From NCBI RefSeq assembly GCF_963921235.1, contig NC_086097.1, forward strand, positions 120,344,001 through 120,408,000: a stretch of DNA of 64,000 nt, in the 5' to 3' direction. The stretch comes from Mobula hypostoma. Its lineage: Eukaryota. The stretch's first letter is position 1. Each line of letters starts with the position of its first letter. Under the pieces are notes generated by a model. The model did not search any database. It was not told the DNA's origin and saw nothing but the letters and a program-made list of their open reading frames with translations. The position numbers and the translations under genes were made by a program. Positions 1-12,098 of this stretch are shown piece after piece.

Positions 1-769
1 GCCTCGCCCCAATATTTTCAAGATAATCCAGTTATTTATAACTCACATTTTGTTGATTTAAATACTAGGCGATAATTAATAACCAACACTGCCAAGGAGC
101 AACTGAGCAACAGAAGGTGATGCAACTATTTGCTTTCATTGTACCTGCTGTTTGTGTTCTCCATTTACCTATTTGTCTTCTTCATGATCTCTGTTTACTT
201 GGACAGTTTTACCAATGTATTTTTATTTTATTTCTGTCCTTTATACAAAAAACCCCTCCATCCTCTGAGATTCATATCACACTTAATTGAATTTATCATT
301 GAATGCTATTTGCATCTACTTGTTCCTCACCGCCCACATATGTCAGCATTTGCTGAATTAACAGATGCCTACAAACTGCTGGATTTCCATCAACATATTC
401 CAAGTGCTTCTCTCGTCCTTTCAACCTTCACAGAGAGATAAACAGATCAACAAGGGTTGGGTTATAAGATGCTTCTAATTAAAAAATGACTCATTTCTAC
501 TTCAGCCAATTCATTTTCTTTTTGGTCAAAAAAAAAAATACATTTAACATCTGAACATTTAGATCGCTAATAATGCAGCCAGTTACGTGAAATTAATTAT
601 CAAGTCAGTTTGCATAGAATGTAAACCAAAGTTTCCACTCTCACTAAATTATTCAGAGGCAATTAAGGAGTAGAACATAAAAATAATACAGTATTTATTT
701 TCTTCCTGTTGCCTTTGTCTGCATGTAACATTTATAATGAAGGCACCTGGACAATTGTTGTAGGAGTTG

Positions 770-1100
770 TGGTACAAGATGATAAGAGGCATGCAGTATA
801 GAATAGATAGTCAGAGACCTTTTCCCGGGATGGAAATGGCTAATACAGATGGGGTATAATTTTCACTGGAGGAAAGTGTAGAGGGACATCAGAATTAAGT
901 TCTTTACACAGAGAGTGGTGCGTGCAAGGAATGCCCTGCCAGTGTGGTGATAGAGTCAGTTACATGAGGGCATTTAAGAAATTCTTAGATAGAGGGCTAT
1001 GTAGGAGGGAAAGATTGGATTGATCTTAGTGTAGGGTAAAAGGTCAGCACAACACTGTTTGCCGAAGGGCCTGTACTGTGCTGCAAAGTTCTATGTTATA
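770..1100 (+). mobile_element. CR1 LINE 3' fragment (degraded)
   Basis: Resembles the CR1 ORF2 C-terminus (tttacacagagagtggtg = FTQRVV) and the 3' UTR ending gttctatgtt, as in the other CR1 copies here. Confidence 0.75.
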
Positions 1101-1504
1101 ATTTTTAAAAATTAAAAAAGTGCTTTAGATGCTTTAGCATGTTAAGATTAGGTATTGCATAATATAGCAGAAATGGTAATCAGGATTGTCAAACTGGGAA
1201 GATAATTGTTTTAAATCTGTATTATCTAGATATTTCTAGTGGCAAATGTATTGTGTTATCACGTTGTCACATGCTTTCACACAGAGTTATGAACAAAGTG
1301 CCTTCACATGAAAATCTTATTACCTTCACTTCACAAAATCCAACAGACAGATCTGACATCTTGTCAAAATCCATCAGTAGCAACAGGAAATCTTCAGAAG
1401 GTCAGATAGCATCTTCACAGAGTGAAACAAACTTGGATATTTAGTTTGAAGACCCTTCATCAGAACTGGGAAGGGTAATGTAAGGCCACGAACATGAAAT
1501 AGTA

Positions 1505-2340
1505 CCCACACACTCACACAGCTTTAGATCATCTAGACAACACAAACACCTATATCAGGATGCTGTTCATCGACAATAGCTCAGCATTTAATACCATTAT
1601 TCCCACAATCCTAATTGAGAAATTGCAGAACCTGGGCCTCTGTACCTCCCTCTGTAATTGGATCCTTGACTTCCTAACCGGAAGACCACAGTCTGTGTGG
1701 ATTGGTGATGTAGTCATAAAGAAGGCAAGACAGCGGCTATACTTTATTAGGAGTTTGAAGAGATTTTGCATGTCAACAAATACACTCAAAAACTTCTATA
1801 GTTGTACTGTGGAGAGCATTCTGACAGGCTGCATCATGGTCTGGTATGGAGGGGCTACTGCACAGGACCGAAAGAAGCTGCAGAAGGTTGTAAATCGAGT
1901 CAGCTCCATCTTGGGCACTAGCCTACAAAGTACCCAGGACATCTTTAGGGAGCAATGTCTGAGAAAGGCAGCGTCCATCATTAAGGACCTCCAGCACCCA
2001 GGGCATGCCTTTTTCTCACTGTCTCCATCAGGTAGGAGATACAGAAGCCTGAAGGCACACGCTCAGCGATTCAGGAACAGCTTCTTCCCCACTGCCATCC
2101 GATTCTTGAATGGACTTTGAAGCTTTGGACACTACCTCACTTTTTTAATACACAGTCTTTCTGTTTTTGCACATTTTTAAATAATTTATTCAATATACAT
2201 AATTGATTTGTTTATTCATTATTATGTTTTATATAATTTTTTTCCCCTCTCTGCTAGATTATGTATTGCATTGAACTGCTGCTAAGTTAACAAGTTTCAT
2301 GTCACATGCTGGTGGTATTAAACCTGATTCTGATTCTGAT
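1505..2340 (+). mobile_element. Rex1/Babar LINE 3' fragment with in-frame internal deletion of the RT core
   Basis: ORF 1560-2120 has MLFID.SSAFNTI and [13 protein letters not shown] fused directly to KKARQRLYF...SGRRYRS...[11 protein letters not shown]. Tail is aaacctgattctgattctga. Confidence 0.85.
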
Positions 2341-2534
2341 GTTTTTTTCTCTCCACAGTGCTGTCTGATTTGTTGAGTATACGCTGAGTAGCTAATGTTT
2401 TATTTCAGGCTTTCAGCTTCGGCAGTTTTTTTTCCATCTGAAAAATGATTAATATCCCTCCCTAACTAGTTTGAATAATCCAGCCAAATATATAAATGAG
2501 AAATAATAAAACACAGTAGGAGATTTGCACTTTA

Positions 2535-3620
2535 GTGGGATCACCTAGAGCAGGTTTTATAGTGAACAGTGGGGCACTGAGGAATGCTGAAGAAACAAAG
2601 GATCTGGGAATACAGGTCCATAATTCATTGAAAGTGATGTCACAGGTAGATACAGTTGTAAAGAAAGCTTTTAGCACATTGACCTTCATAAATCAATGTA
2701 TTGAGTACAGGAGATGGGTGTTATTTTGAAGTTGTATATGTTGGTGAGGCCTGATTTGGAGAATTGTGTGCAGTTTTCGTCACCTACCTACAGGAAAGTA
2801 CTAAATAAGGTCAAAAGAGTAGAGACAAAGTTTCTAAGGATGTTGCCTGGACTGGAGGACCTGAGTTATAAGGAAAGATTGAATAGGTTAGGACTGTATT
2901 CCTTGGAATGTACATTGAGGGGAGATTTGATAGAGCTATACAAAATTATGAGGGGTAAATGCAAGCATGCTTTTTCTACTGAGTTGGGTGGGACTACAAC
3001 TAGAAGTCATGGGTAAAGAATGAAAGGTGAAAAGTTTAAGGGGAACATGAGGGGAAACATCTTCACTCAAAGGGTTCTGAGAGTGTGGAATGAGCTGCCA
3101 GTAAAAGTGGTACAAGCGAGCTTGATTTCAAAGCTTAAGAGAAATTCGGATAGGTACATTGATGGGTACCTATTTAGATAGGTACATTGATGGGTACCTA
3201 TTTGGATAGGTACATTGATGGGTACCTATTTAGATAGGTACATTGATGGGTACCTATTTAGATAGGTACATTGATGGGTACCTATTTGGATAGGTACATT
3301 GATGGGTACCTATTTAGATAGGTACATTGATGGGTACCTATTTGGATAGGTACATTGATGGGTACCTATTTAGATAGGTACATTGATGGGTACCTATTTA
3401 GATAGTTACATTGATGGGTACCTATTTAGATAGGTACATTGATGGGTACCTATTTAGATAGGTACATTGATGGGTAACTATTTGGATAGGTACATTTATA
3501 GGCATATGGAGGGTTATAGTTCTGGTGCAGATGAGGGGAGTAGGCAGCTTAAATGGTTTGTAATGGACTGGACAGGACTAAGGGCCTGTTTCTGTACTTT
3601 TCTGTGACTCTATGACTCCA
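2535..3620 (+). mobile_element. CR1 LINE 3' fragment hosting a minisatellite
   Basis: Frameshifted peptides DLGIQVHNSLK and LVRPDLENCVQF...RGDLIELYKIMRG, followed by a CR1 3' UTR. Confidence 0.85.
3149..3496. repeat. 28-bp tandem minisatellite, 12 full units plus a partial unit
   Basis: Unit GATAGGTACATTGATGGGTACCTATTT(A/G) recurs at 3149, 3177, ... 3457, with a partial unit at 3485. Confidence 0.97.
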
Positions 3621-3702
3621 CTTATCTCTGTCTCAACAGACGTGAGCTCTCCTTACACGAGCAAGGAAACTCATTTGAGGTCTAAGTTTCTTCTCTGATT
3701 AT

Positions 3703-4522
3703 ACAAGCAGTAGCCACTTTGTTAGGTATCTCCTGTCGCCAATAAAGTGGCGCTGCGTGTGCATTTATGGTTTTCTGCTGCTGTAGCCCATCCACTTCAA
3801 GTTTTGACATGCTGTTCGAGATACTCTTCTGCACACCATTGTTATACGCGGCTATTTCAGTTATTGTCACCTTCCTGTCAGTTTGAACCTGTCTGATCAT
3901 TCTCCTCTGGCCTCTCTCATCAACAAGGTGTTTTGGCCACTGAACTGTCACTCACTGGATGTTTTAGTTTTAAATCTATCCACAGTGATTTCACATTCTC
4001 TGATCCTTTGTTACCTCCTTCTAACACCGGCAAGGAAACTCACTTGAGATCTAAATTTCTGCTGTGATTATATACTCAGTACCTCCCTTACCTAATAAAG
4101 TGGTACTGAGACTGAGTGTATGCTTGTGGTCTTTTGCTACTGTAGCCCAATCACTTCAAGATTGGATGTGCTCTGCATTCAGAGATTTTTCTCCCACAGA
4201 ACTACTAATCACTGAATGGTTTTCTGTTTCTCACACCATTCTCTGCAAGCTTTAGAATCTGTTCTGCGTGAATCTCCCAGGAGATCAGGAGTTTCTGAGG
4301 TGGTCAAACCATCTCATCTGGCACCAACAATCACTCCACAGTCAAAGTCACTTAGATCACATTTCTTCCCCATTCTGATATTTGCTCTGAACAACAACTG
4401 AACCTCTTGACCACGTCAGCTTGTGTTTCTGCATTGAGCTACTCCTACCTGATTGGTTGATGAGGTATTTGCATTAACGAACAGGTGTATAAGCGTACCT
4501 AATAAAGCGAGCATTATGTGTG
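3703..4522 (-). mobile_element. Two partial copies of a deleted Tc1-like element (3703-3965 and 4072-4522)
   Basis: TIR-like cagtagccactttgttaggta and tacctaataaag. Minus-strand transposase N-terminal remnants (LVDERGQRRM...DRKVTITEI...GVQKSIS). Same family as 41003-41480. Confidence 0.7.
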
Positions 4523-5181
4523 TTATTGAATATTCGAAGCTTGGACCTCCATGGTTTAAATCCCGTCAAGGGAGTTTGAGAATATGACTGGAGCTAATAG
4601 TGATAAATACTGACAATGGAAAAGTGCCTAAGGATGTTAAAGTATTATTAATACTAATATTACTTACTTGAATAGAGACTGAAAATGTTGCAGTGTGGAG
4701 AAATAATCATGCACTCTTCCCACTACTACCACTGCGCACCAGGTTCAGGAACTGTTAGCATCCTACAACCATCAGGCTGCTGAACCAGCATGGATAACTT
4801 CACTCACCTCAACTCTAAATTGATTCCCCAACCTACAGACTCACTTTCAAAACTTAATGGTGACATATACAGAAGGCTCATTGATAAATTTACTTTAATT
4901 TCGCTGGAGAAAGTCAATGGGTCAACCATCAGCTGTGGGAGGAAAGGAATTATTGACATTTTCATTAAAAACCTGAACCAGGATGCAGGGCCTTCAACCC
5001 AAAATATCAATAATTCCTTTTTCCTCCAAAGATTCTGTGTGACCCATTGACTTCCTCCAGTAGATTGTATCTTGCTTAGTTTACTCGAATATTGTGCAGG
5101 TCTCTTTGCGGCATCGCTCCTTGAAGATGTCCTGGATACCTCAGAGGTTAGTGCCCATGATGAAGCTGACTGAGTTTACAA

Positions 5182-6014
5182 TGTTACGTACCCCATAACT
5201 GGGTTGCCAAGCCAGCAGAAATGGAACATTTGGTTGGAGTCTGGATTACTGGAACTAAGAAAGTTTTATTAAAGAAATAAGTAACACAGTACTCTAATCG
5301 TAAGGATATAAATGCAACAGGTTAGCAATGATAAAACACACATGTACACAGAACTAGGATAATAGGATCAATCAAGCTCTATCGCAGTCTAGGGGTAAAA
5401 TGATCAGTCTCAAGTGACGCAGAGTTCAGTTCAGCTTAGTACAATTCACAGCATTCGCTGTTGTGCCGTTGGAGAGAGAGAGAGAGCAAATATGCAAATT
5501 TTCGATTCAAACAGACCTTTGATGTTCCTCGCAGTTTGCTTTCGGGCGAGCCCTTTTAATGTCTTCTGAGGTCACCGACTGTGACCCCTCCATTCCGGAT
5601 ACGATCGTTCTTCCATGGTGAACCCGGCACCCAGGCAAGGGCGGACACACATGCCAGGTTCCCGCCGATCATACCTTTTCACCCTGTGCGTCTATGGTCG
5701 GTCCCGCAAACAGACCTCAAACTCACACCAACTTGTGGGGGCACATCGCACTTCCAGGGTCTCATTATCTGGTGATCTCGTGGTGTGTGTCGTGCCTTAG
5801 CGAACCTGTTCCTTTTATCTCCCTGCTGGGGTATCGCCTGTCCATCAAACTTCAATCAGTTCAGGTTCAAAGCTACCGGTCTGTCAATACTCGGAACTGT
5901 GTCTCTTTTCGTTAATCTCTCTCGTCTGTCATTAACATTTTGAACGCTTCTCCCTTTGTCTCTCTTATCTCTCTCATCAGCATCAATCTTCTGATAACTT
6001 GGTTTTTTGTCACA
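5182..6014 (-). repeat. 3' LTR (833 bp)
   Basis: Reads TGTTACG...TGTCACA on +. Direct repeat of 9193-10012. Adjacent purine-rich tract GAAGGATAGGGG on the minus strand (6015-6026). Confidence 0.95.
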
Positions 6015-6132
6015 CCCCTATCCTTCAAAGGATTTTTACCGGGATAAAAATTATTGGCATGAATACATTATTAGATACACACAAATATACAGGGTCATCA
6101 GCTATTTGGCTAATACAGAGATCTTTAATTTG

Positions 6133-7953
6133 TCAGCACCTTGACAGACAGTCAGCAATCACCTTTTCGTTCCGTTTATATGTATTATTTTGATATCCTC
6201 TAAGACCAGGATCCAACTTAGCAAACTTCATAGTGGCCAAAACACTAATGGGTTGTGATCAGTGTAAATTCTCAGTGGTGTCCGTCCCAGACAAAGATAA
6301 CAAAGGTCGTCCCACACAAACGTAGCATTCTTTGGCAAGAGCTTAGTAAGCGGGGGGGGGGGGGTAATATCTGCAAAGTTGTTTTGCAAAACTTCCGATA
6401 GTACCCCACCATCCCCAAGAACCTTCTCAGGGCTGTCTTGTCTGTCGGGGTGGGGACTTCAGAGATAGCCCGTACCTTAGCCTGCATCGGTGCCAGCTGC
6501 CCCTGTCTTACCACAAATCCCAGATAAGTGATCTTTCTGTGGCCGAATTTACTTTTTGCGAGGTTCACCGTCAGGCTGGCTTCAAACAGCTTCTTAAACA
6601 GCTCCTCCCATGTGTCACTCCAGACCACTAACTTGTCAATATATGCTTCTGCGTTCTTTAGCCCTTTTGTCACTGAATTAATCATCCCATAGGGATGTTG
6701 CTCACTAGCCTGACCTGATGTGATGACAACACCATGTCCCAGCTCTTTGCATCGCCTCAGGACATCCGGACATACGTGTGCATGCCGGTTAATTAGCTTT
6801 ATTAGCGGGTCGCTCTGTTCGGGGATTAAGGGAGAGACCTTATCGGCACAGCTGGCCAAAACAATAGACTTCTTCCATCTGGTCGGCACCATACTTACCT
6901 TTACAAAATGGGTTTTCCTCTTATCAGGTGGCACCCTAGCCTCATTAATTTTCATGAGAACACCGAAAACTAGATCTGTTTTCTGATCGTGGCAAGCTGT
7001 TAGCATATCAATAGCCTGTAATTGTGTTAGCTCACGTCTACAGTAGTCAATAGCATCCTTCCTCCTGTGTGGCCAGTAAAACTCTTTCATGATTCTGCCG
7101 ACTGTTTTCCTCACCCCAAAATGTCCACCGAGGGGTATCTTGTGGGCCAGGTTAAGAATCTCATCCCCATAAATTTTTGGCACCACCCCCCATTCCTCAT
7201 CTGCAGGCACGGTACTTGGTCTCCATTTCCTCCTTAGTACTCCCTCCTTCACATAATAGCCCAGTCGCTCCCTTTTTAATTCTGCTTCAGAGAGAGCTGC
7301 CTCCGCCAAAATCATCAGCTCCTCGTCTCACTCCTGTGCCTGTATAAATTCCTTCCTTGCTAATAATAAGTCTACCTTAATTTCCATTTCACTACACTGC
7401 TCTTCACTTTCTAACCTCTCCTGGTACAAGGCTGGTAAAAACATCTCCGCTAAATCTACATTCACTTCGGCAAACTGTCTGGACATGCGCCGAGTCACTG
7501 CGCAAACGGGATAAACCTGAGAGTCCATGGGCGGGGCCTCAATCCTGGCTTGTCAATCTTACTGCTGGGTACACCTCTCCGCCGGCGAGGTCATTACTGA
7601 GTAAGACCTCCACGTCTTCCATCGGTAGTTCGGGCCTCACCCCGATCGTGACCGGTCCGGAGACCAAATCACTTTTTAGGTGTATCTGGTGCAAAGGTAC
7701 TGCTTCAGTCCCTTTCCCAATGCCTTTTATCACCCTGAGCTCCCCAGTCTGGGTCTCTGAACTAAAGTCTAACATACTCTTTAATATCAATGACTGACAA
7801 GCTCCAGATCCGTACTGGAACTGGGTTTAACCCCTCCTTCATCGACACCAATCCAGCCGAGATGAACCTCTCGCACCATTCCTGAACTTTATCAGACCTC
7901 TTTTCCCCTAGCGGTTTGTTTACCAGCTCAATACAGCCAGTCCGAACCGTCAT
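6133..7953 (-). pseudogene. pol: Deleted pol remnant: protease, integrase Zn finger, RT C-terminal part, RNase H C-terminal part
   Basis: PR-like segment VPLHQIHL...VEVLLSNDLAGG. IN N-terminal LAHKIPLGGHFGVRKT...FYWP...DYCRR. RT AYIDKLVVWSDTWEE...ITYLGF...LRRFLGMVGYYRKFC. RNase H end IYTDHNPLVFL...VIADCLSRC* read by hand at 6133-6270. Confidence 0.88.
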
Positions 7954-9093
7954 TTTCCCTTTCCCCGTCTCCTTCTTTGGGGCAAAGCACCTGGACGCAA
8001 AGTGACCAGCTTTCCCACAATTATAGCATACGACCCCAGGAGACTTCCTACCAAACTGCTCCCGGTCTACCTTATCCTTCTCACTACTCCCCAGCTTACT
8101 TTCTGACTTTTCTGGCGGACTCTCGCCGCCCTCCTGACTACACTTTACTCAGGGTAAACTTCGCTTTATGTGTCAACGTGTATTCATCCGCTAACTTAGC
8201 AGTTGCGGTTAACGTGTCTGCCTCTTTCTCATCTAGGTAGGGTCTCATAGCTTCAGGGACACAACCTTTAAACTACTCAATCAGGATTAGCTGTAGCAGT
8301 CTGTCATAATCCCCATTGACCCCTTTCGAGGCGCACCAACGCTCACAATATATCTGCATCTCACGGGCAAACTCTAAACATTGCTTCCTTGCATTCCGGA
8401 ACCTCTGCCGGTATGCCTCCGGGACCAGCTCATAAATCCTGAGTATGGCCTCTTTCACCACATCAAACCTCTGGGCATCTTCTGCAGACAAGGCCGAGTA
8501 AGCTTGTTGGGCTTTTCCTTTAAGTACGCTCTGAAGCAAAACAGCCCACTTATCCCTCGGCCAGTCCTGACTTGCAGCAACTTTTTCAAAAAGGAGAAAG
8601 TACCGATCAACATCAGTCTCGTCAAATGGGGGAACCAGCCTAACCTCCTGGGTTGCCCTGAACCCTCCACCTTGGTTCGGCATGGGCCCCTGCACCAGCG
8701 ACATCTTTAACTTCTCCAGCTCAAATTCCCTTTCCCTCTGTTTCTCCCTCTCTTCTCGGTCTAACTGCCTGTCCCTCTCTTCTCGCTCCAACTGCCTGTC
8801 CCTCTCCTCTCACTCAGCTGTTTTACCTGGATCTCGTGTTCGAGTCTCAATTTTTCAATCTGCAGCTATACTGCTGCTCCACCAGGTTTTCCCATAGATA
8901 CCTCCTCCAGCTCCCCTTGGGGAAACACACCTTTAGAAACATAATGCTCTATGATGGCTCTGTGCATCTCCACTCTCCTCATTGTCGACTTCCCTTTAAA
9001 AAGATTCAAAAGATTCACAGTTGCTAATTCTGATTTCCTGGCATCCTCTAATGCCTCCAAGGTTGGCGCCTTTAGAAATTCCTCAGTCTCCAT
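7950..9093 (-). pseudogene. gag: gag with SCAN-related capsid region and CCHC knuckle (frameshift plus one in-frame stop)
   Basis: ORFs 8866-9093 and 8273-8791 (VRLVPPFDETDVDRYFLLFEKVA...YELVPEAYRQRFR). Reading continues past TAG as FKGCVP...LADEYTLTHK. CYNCGKAGHFASRC near 7990-8030. Confidence 0.88.
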
Positions 9094-9168
9094 TTCTGCT
9101 GTTTGCCCTTTCTTTCTTTCCGGAATTTTAACCCAATCAATTTACCCTGTCCCAAATTTGGCATTCAA

Positions 9169-9188
9169 AATCGCGGACGAGAACCCCA
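9169..9188 (-). promoter_or_regulatory. Primer-binding site, tRNA-Pro-like
   Basis: TGGGGTTCTCGTCCGCGATT lies 4 nt downstream of the 5' LTR and resembles the canonical tRNA-Pro PBS TGGGGGCTCGTCCGGGAT. Confidence 0.8.
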
Positions 9189-9192
9189 CTTA

Positions 9193-10012
9193 TGTTATGT
9201 ACCCCGTAACTGGGTTGCCAAACCAGCAGAAATGGAGTCTGGATTACTGGAACTAAGAAAGTTTTATTAAAGAAATAAGTAACACAGTACTCTAATCGTA
9301 AGGATATAAATGCAACAGGTTAGCAATGATAAAACACACATGTACACAGAACTAGGATAATAGGAATCAATCAAGCTCTATCGCAATCTAGGGGTAAAAT
9401 GATCAGTCTCGAGTGACGCAGAGTTCAGTTCAGCTTAGTACAGTTCGCAGCAATCGCTGTTGTGCCTTTGGAGAGAGAGAGAGCGAATATGCAAATTTTC
9501 GATTCAAACAGACCTTTGATGTTCCTCGCAGTTAGCATTCTGGCGAGCCCTTTTAATGTCTTCTGAGGTCACCGACTGTGACCCCTCCGTTCCGGATACG
9601 ATTGTTCTTCTGCGGTGAATCCAGCACCCAGGCAAGGGCGGACACACACACCAGGTTCCCTCCGATCATACCTTTTCACCCTGTGCGTCTATGGTCGGTC
9701 CCGCGACCAGACCTCCAAACTCACACCAACTTGTGGGGGCACATCGCACTTCCAGGGTCTCGTTATCTGGTGATCTCGTGGTGTGTGTCGTGCCTCAGTG
9801 AACCTGTTCCTTTTATCCCCCTGCTGGGGTATCGCCTGTCCATCAAACTTCAAGCAGTTCAGGTTCAAAGCTACCGGTCTGTCAATACTCAGAACTGTGT
9901 CTCTTTTCGTTAATCTCTCTCGTCTCTCATTAACACTTTGAACGCTTCTCCCTTTGTCTCTCTTATCTCTCTCATCAGCATCAATCTTCTGATAACTTGG
10001 TTTTTCGTCACA
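9193..10012 (-). repeat. 5' LTR (820 bp)
   Basis: Reads TGTTATG...CGTCACA on +. It lacks a 13-bp segment present near the left end of the other LTR and is adjacent to the PBS. Confidence 0.95.
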
Positions 10013-10574
10013 ACAACTTGCTGCAGCTTACTTTGATCCTGTGCAGTAGCCTCTCCCCGCCATTCCAGATGGTGATGCAGCCAGTTAAAATCATCTTCAT
10101 GGTACATCTGTAGAAATTTGTGAGTCATTCTGATGATGTTTAGTCCGGACATGCGGGAAAGTTCTCATTGCCCAGAAACCACAGCCATTCCTGTTTCTAG
10201 TTACACCATGCAATACTGAAAGTCTACACACAGAACAACTCCAAATGACTGATGCTTGAGAGAATTTGACCTACTTTGTTTAATTCATTTTCCTTATCTT
10301 TTACTGCATCCTTTAATTATTTCACTTTTTCTTCTTCAATGTATTGGTTAATTTGATTGCAATATCTACAGGTTTTATCATGTTATACAAGAAGCGATCA
10401 AATAACCTCCTCACAGAAGTTCTTGTCATTAGTAATGCAGTGACCAGTGAACACAATTTTAATTATTTAAACTCTTCCGTAATTTTGAACAATTCTATCA
10501 CATCTTCCCTCAACCAACTCTATTCCAAGGAAGATGAAACCAGGTGCTATCAACTTTTATCATGATAATTCCAG

Positions 10575-11055
10575 ATATAAACTCAAGAACATCTGTAGAC
10601 ACTGGAAAACCAAAGTGATGCACACAAAAATGCTGGAGGAAGGCAGCATCTATGAAGAGGAATAAACAGTTGACATTTCAGGCCAAGACCCATCTGCAGG
10701 ATGGAAAGGAAGGGGAAAAACACCAGAATAAAAAGGTGGGAGGTAAGGAAGGAGGATAGCTGGAAGATGATAGATGAAGCCGGGTGGGTTGGATAGATAA
10801 AGGGCTGGAGAAAAAGGAATTTGATAGGAGAGTAGACTATAGGAGAAAAGGAAGGAGGAGTGGACCCAAGGGAAGGTGAAAGGCATGTGAGAAGAGTTAA
10901 GTGGCCAGTAGTGGAGGATAGAAGATGGGGGGGGGTGGGGGGAGAGGTGGAGAGGAATATTTTTTTCTGCCGGAAGGAGAAATTAATATTCAGGTCGGAG
11001 GCTACCCAGACAGAAACTAAGGTGTTGCTCCTGTACCCTCAGGTGGCCTGGTTCC
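10575..11055 (-). mobile_element. Penelope-like element 3' remnant (ORF end, pyrimidine tract, degenerate pseudo-LTR)
   Basis: Reverse-complement similarity to 52870-53348, with a decayed hammerhead-like core at about 10667-10703. Confidence 0.7.
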
Positions 11056-11761
11056 TGATATTATAGTTAATGAATACATTGCTATATCTCTGTTTCTATT
11101 TTTGAACTGTAGCAAAAAATGCATCTAATTTTCCAAGTGTAGACTATCCAAAATCCTCTCTCCATGGTGATCGCTGGACTAGCTGGGGCATGGCCCTCAG
11201 CCTTCCAACCAGCACACGATCTAAACAAGATACAACAAGCAACAAAACAACAGTAAAACAAGACTCATTCCTCCCTCACACTTAATCACATACACAGTTC
11301 TCTAATCACAGTCCATCATCTTTAGCTCCTGCCTCCAGTGGTCTTGGATTTGGACTTGGACACACAGACATCGAGTCTTCAACTACCCTAGCAGACTCAC
11401 AAACTATCACAGGTGCAGAGCTCCAGCCAACAAGCCTCCACTTCTAGACTTCCAATTCAACCCCTGGGCCTCGATCCTTGGCATCGACCACAGGACCTGC
11501 TGATCATTGAACACTAGGCCACAAATTCTGGACTCATTGATGATGGAATGGCAAATGTTAAGCCTCAAATTCCAATTTCATTGTTGCATAACGCAGATGA
11601 AAATGTATAATTTGCCTCTAACTGCCACATTAACCTACCTAGTCTTAACAGACCACAGAAGTTTCTTTTCTCTTACATATCCCTTCCCACTTTCTATGCA
11701 ACTGCAGGGTAACTTGTATCCTCACTTTGCCAGTTCTGAAGAAGGATTCTAGATCAGAAAT

Positions 11762-12082
11762 AAGATTAAGATTAGCTTTATTTGTCACAAATATGTTGAA
11801 GCATACAGTGAAATGTATCATTTTTGTCAAATCAAATCAACAAGGATTATGCTGGGTAGCCAGTAAGTGTTGCTATGCTTCTAGCACCAACATAGCGTGT
11901 CCACAACTTACTACGTCTAATTGTACGTATTTGGAACGTGGGAGGAAACCAGTGCACCCGGAGGAAATCCGCACATTCATGGGGAGAATGCACTAAGTCC
12001 TCACAAAAAGCAGCAGATATCGAAACCCAATCTCACAAATGGCAATGTACTGTCTTTACAATAATCATTACACTATCATGCC
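11762..12082 (-). mobile_element. V-SINE-like SINE
   Basis: Minus strand reads TTTCCTCCGGGTGCACTGGTTTCCTCCCAC (V-domain-like) with a gtgacaaataaagctaatct tail. Confidence 0.75.
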
Positions 12083-12098
12083 ATCTCTTTCTCTTTTT

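Larger units (their letters stand above)
5182..10012 (-). mobile_element. Gmr1-like Ty3/Gypsy LTR retrotransposon, internally deleted and non-autonomous, 4831 bp
   Basis: Two highly similar LTRs with TG...CA ends and a 4-bp TSD ACAA (5178-5181 and 10013-10016). PBS, PPT, gag and pol remnants are present in the order PR-IN-RT-RH. Confidence 0.93.
5085..10135 (-). mobile_element. Rex1/Babar fragment split by the LTR element (5085-5181 and 10013-10135)
   Basis: The flanks rejoin as ctgagtttACAActtgctgcagctt. Minus translation ATAQDQSKLQQVV matches [13 protein letters not shown] in the Rex1 ORF at 1560-2120. Confidence 0.75.

Noticed and set aside
130..441. 103-aa ORF
   Set aside because: Non-ATG start, low-complexity T-rich composition and no recognisable domain.
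1400..1470. Hammerhead-like remnants here and at about 4975-5060 and 11725-11760
   Set aside because: The cores are too decayed to call as ribozymes and no TSDs are visible.
3149..3496. Palindromic 28-bp repeats resembling a CRISPR array
   Set aside because: The units are directly adjacent with no unique spacers, there are no cas genes, the context is eukaryotic and the unit derives from CR1.
5581..5915. ORFs repeated at 9578-9913
   Set aside because: They are incidental frames inside the two LTR copies, and the frames differ between copies.
8273..8791. Possible domesticated SCAN-domain host gene
   Set aside because: It lies between paired LTRs with a PBS and TSD and is disrupted by a frameshift and a stop, so it is transposon gag.
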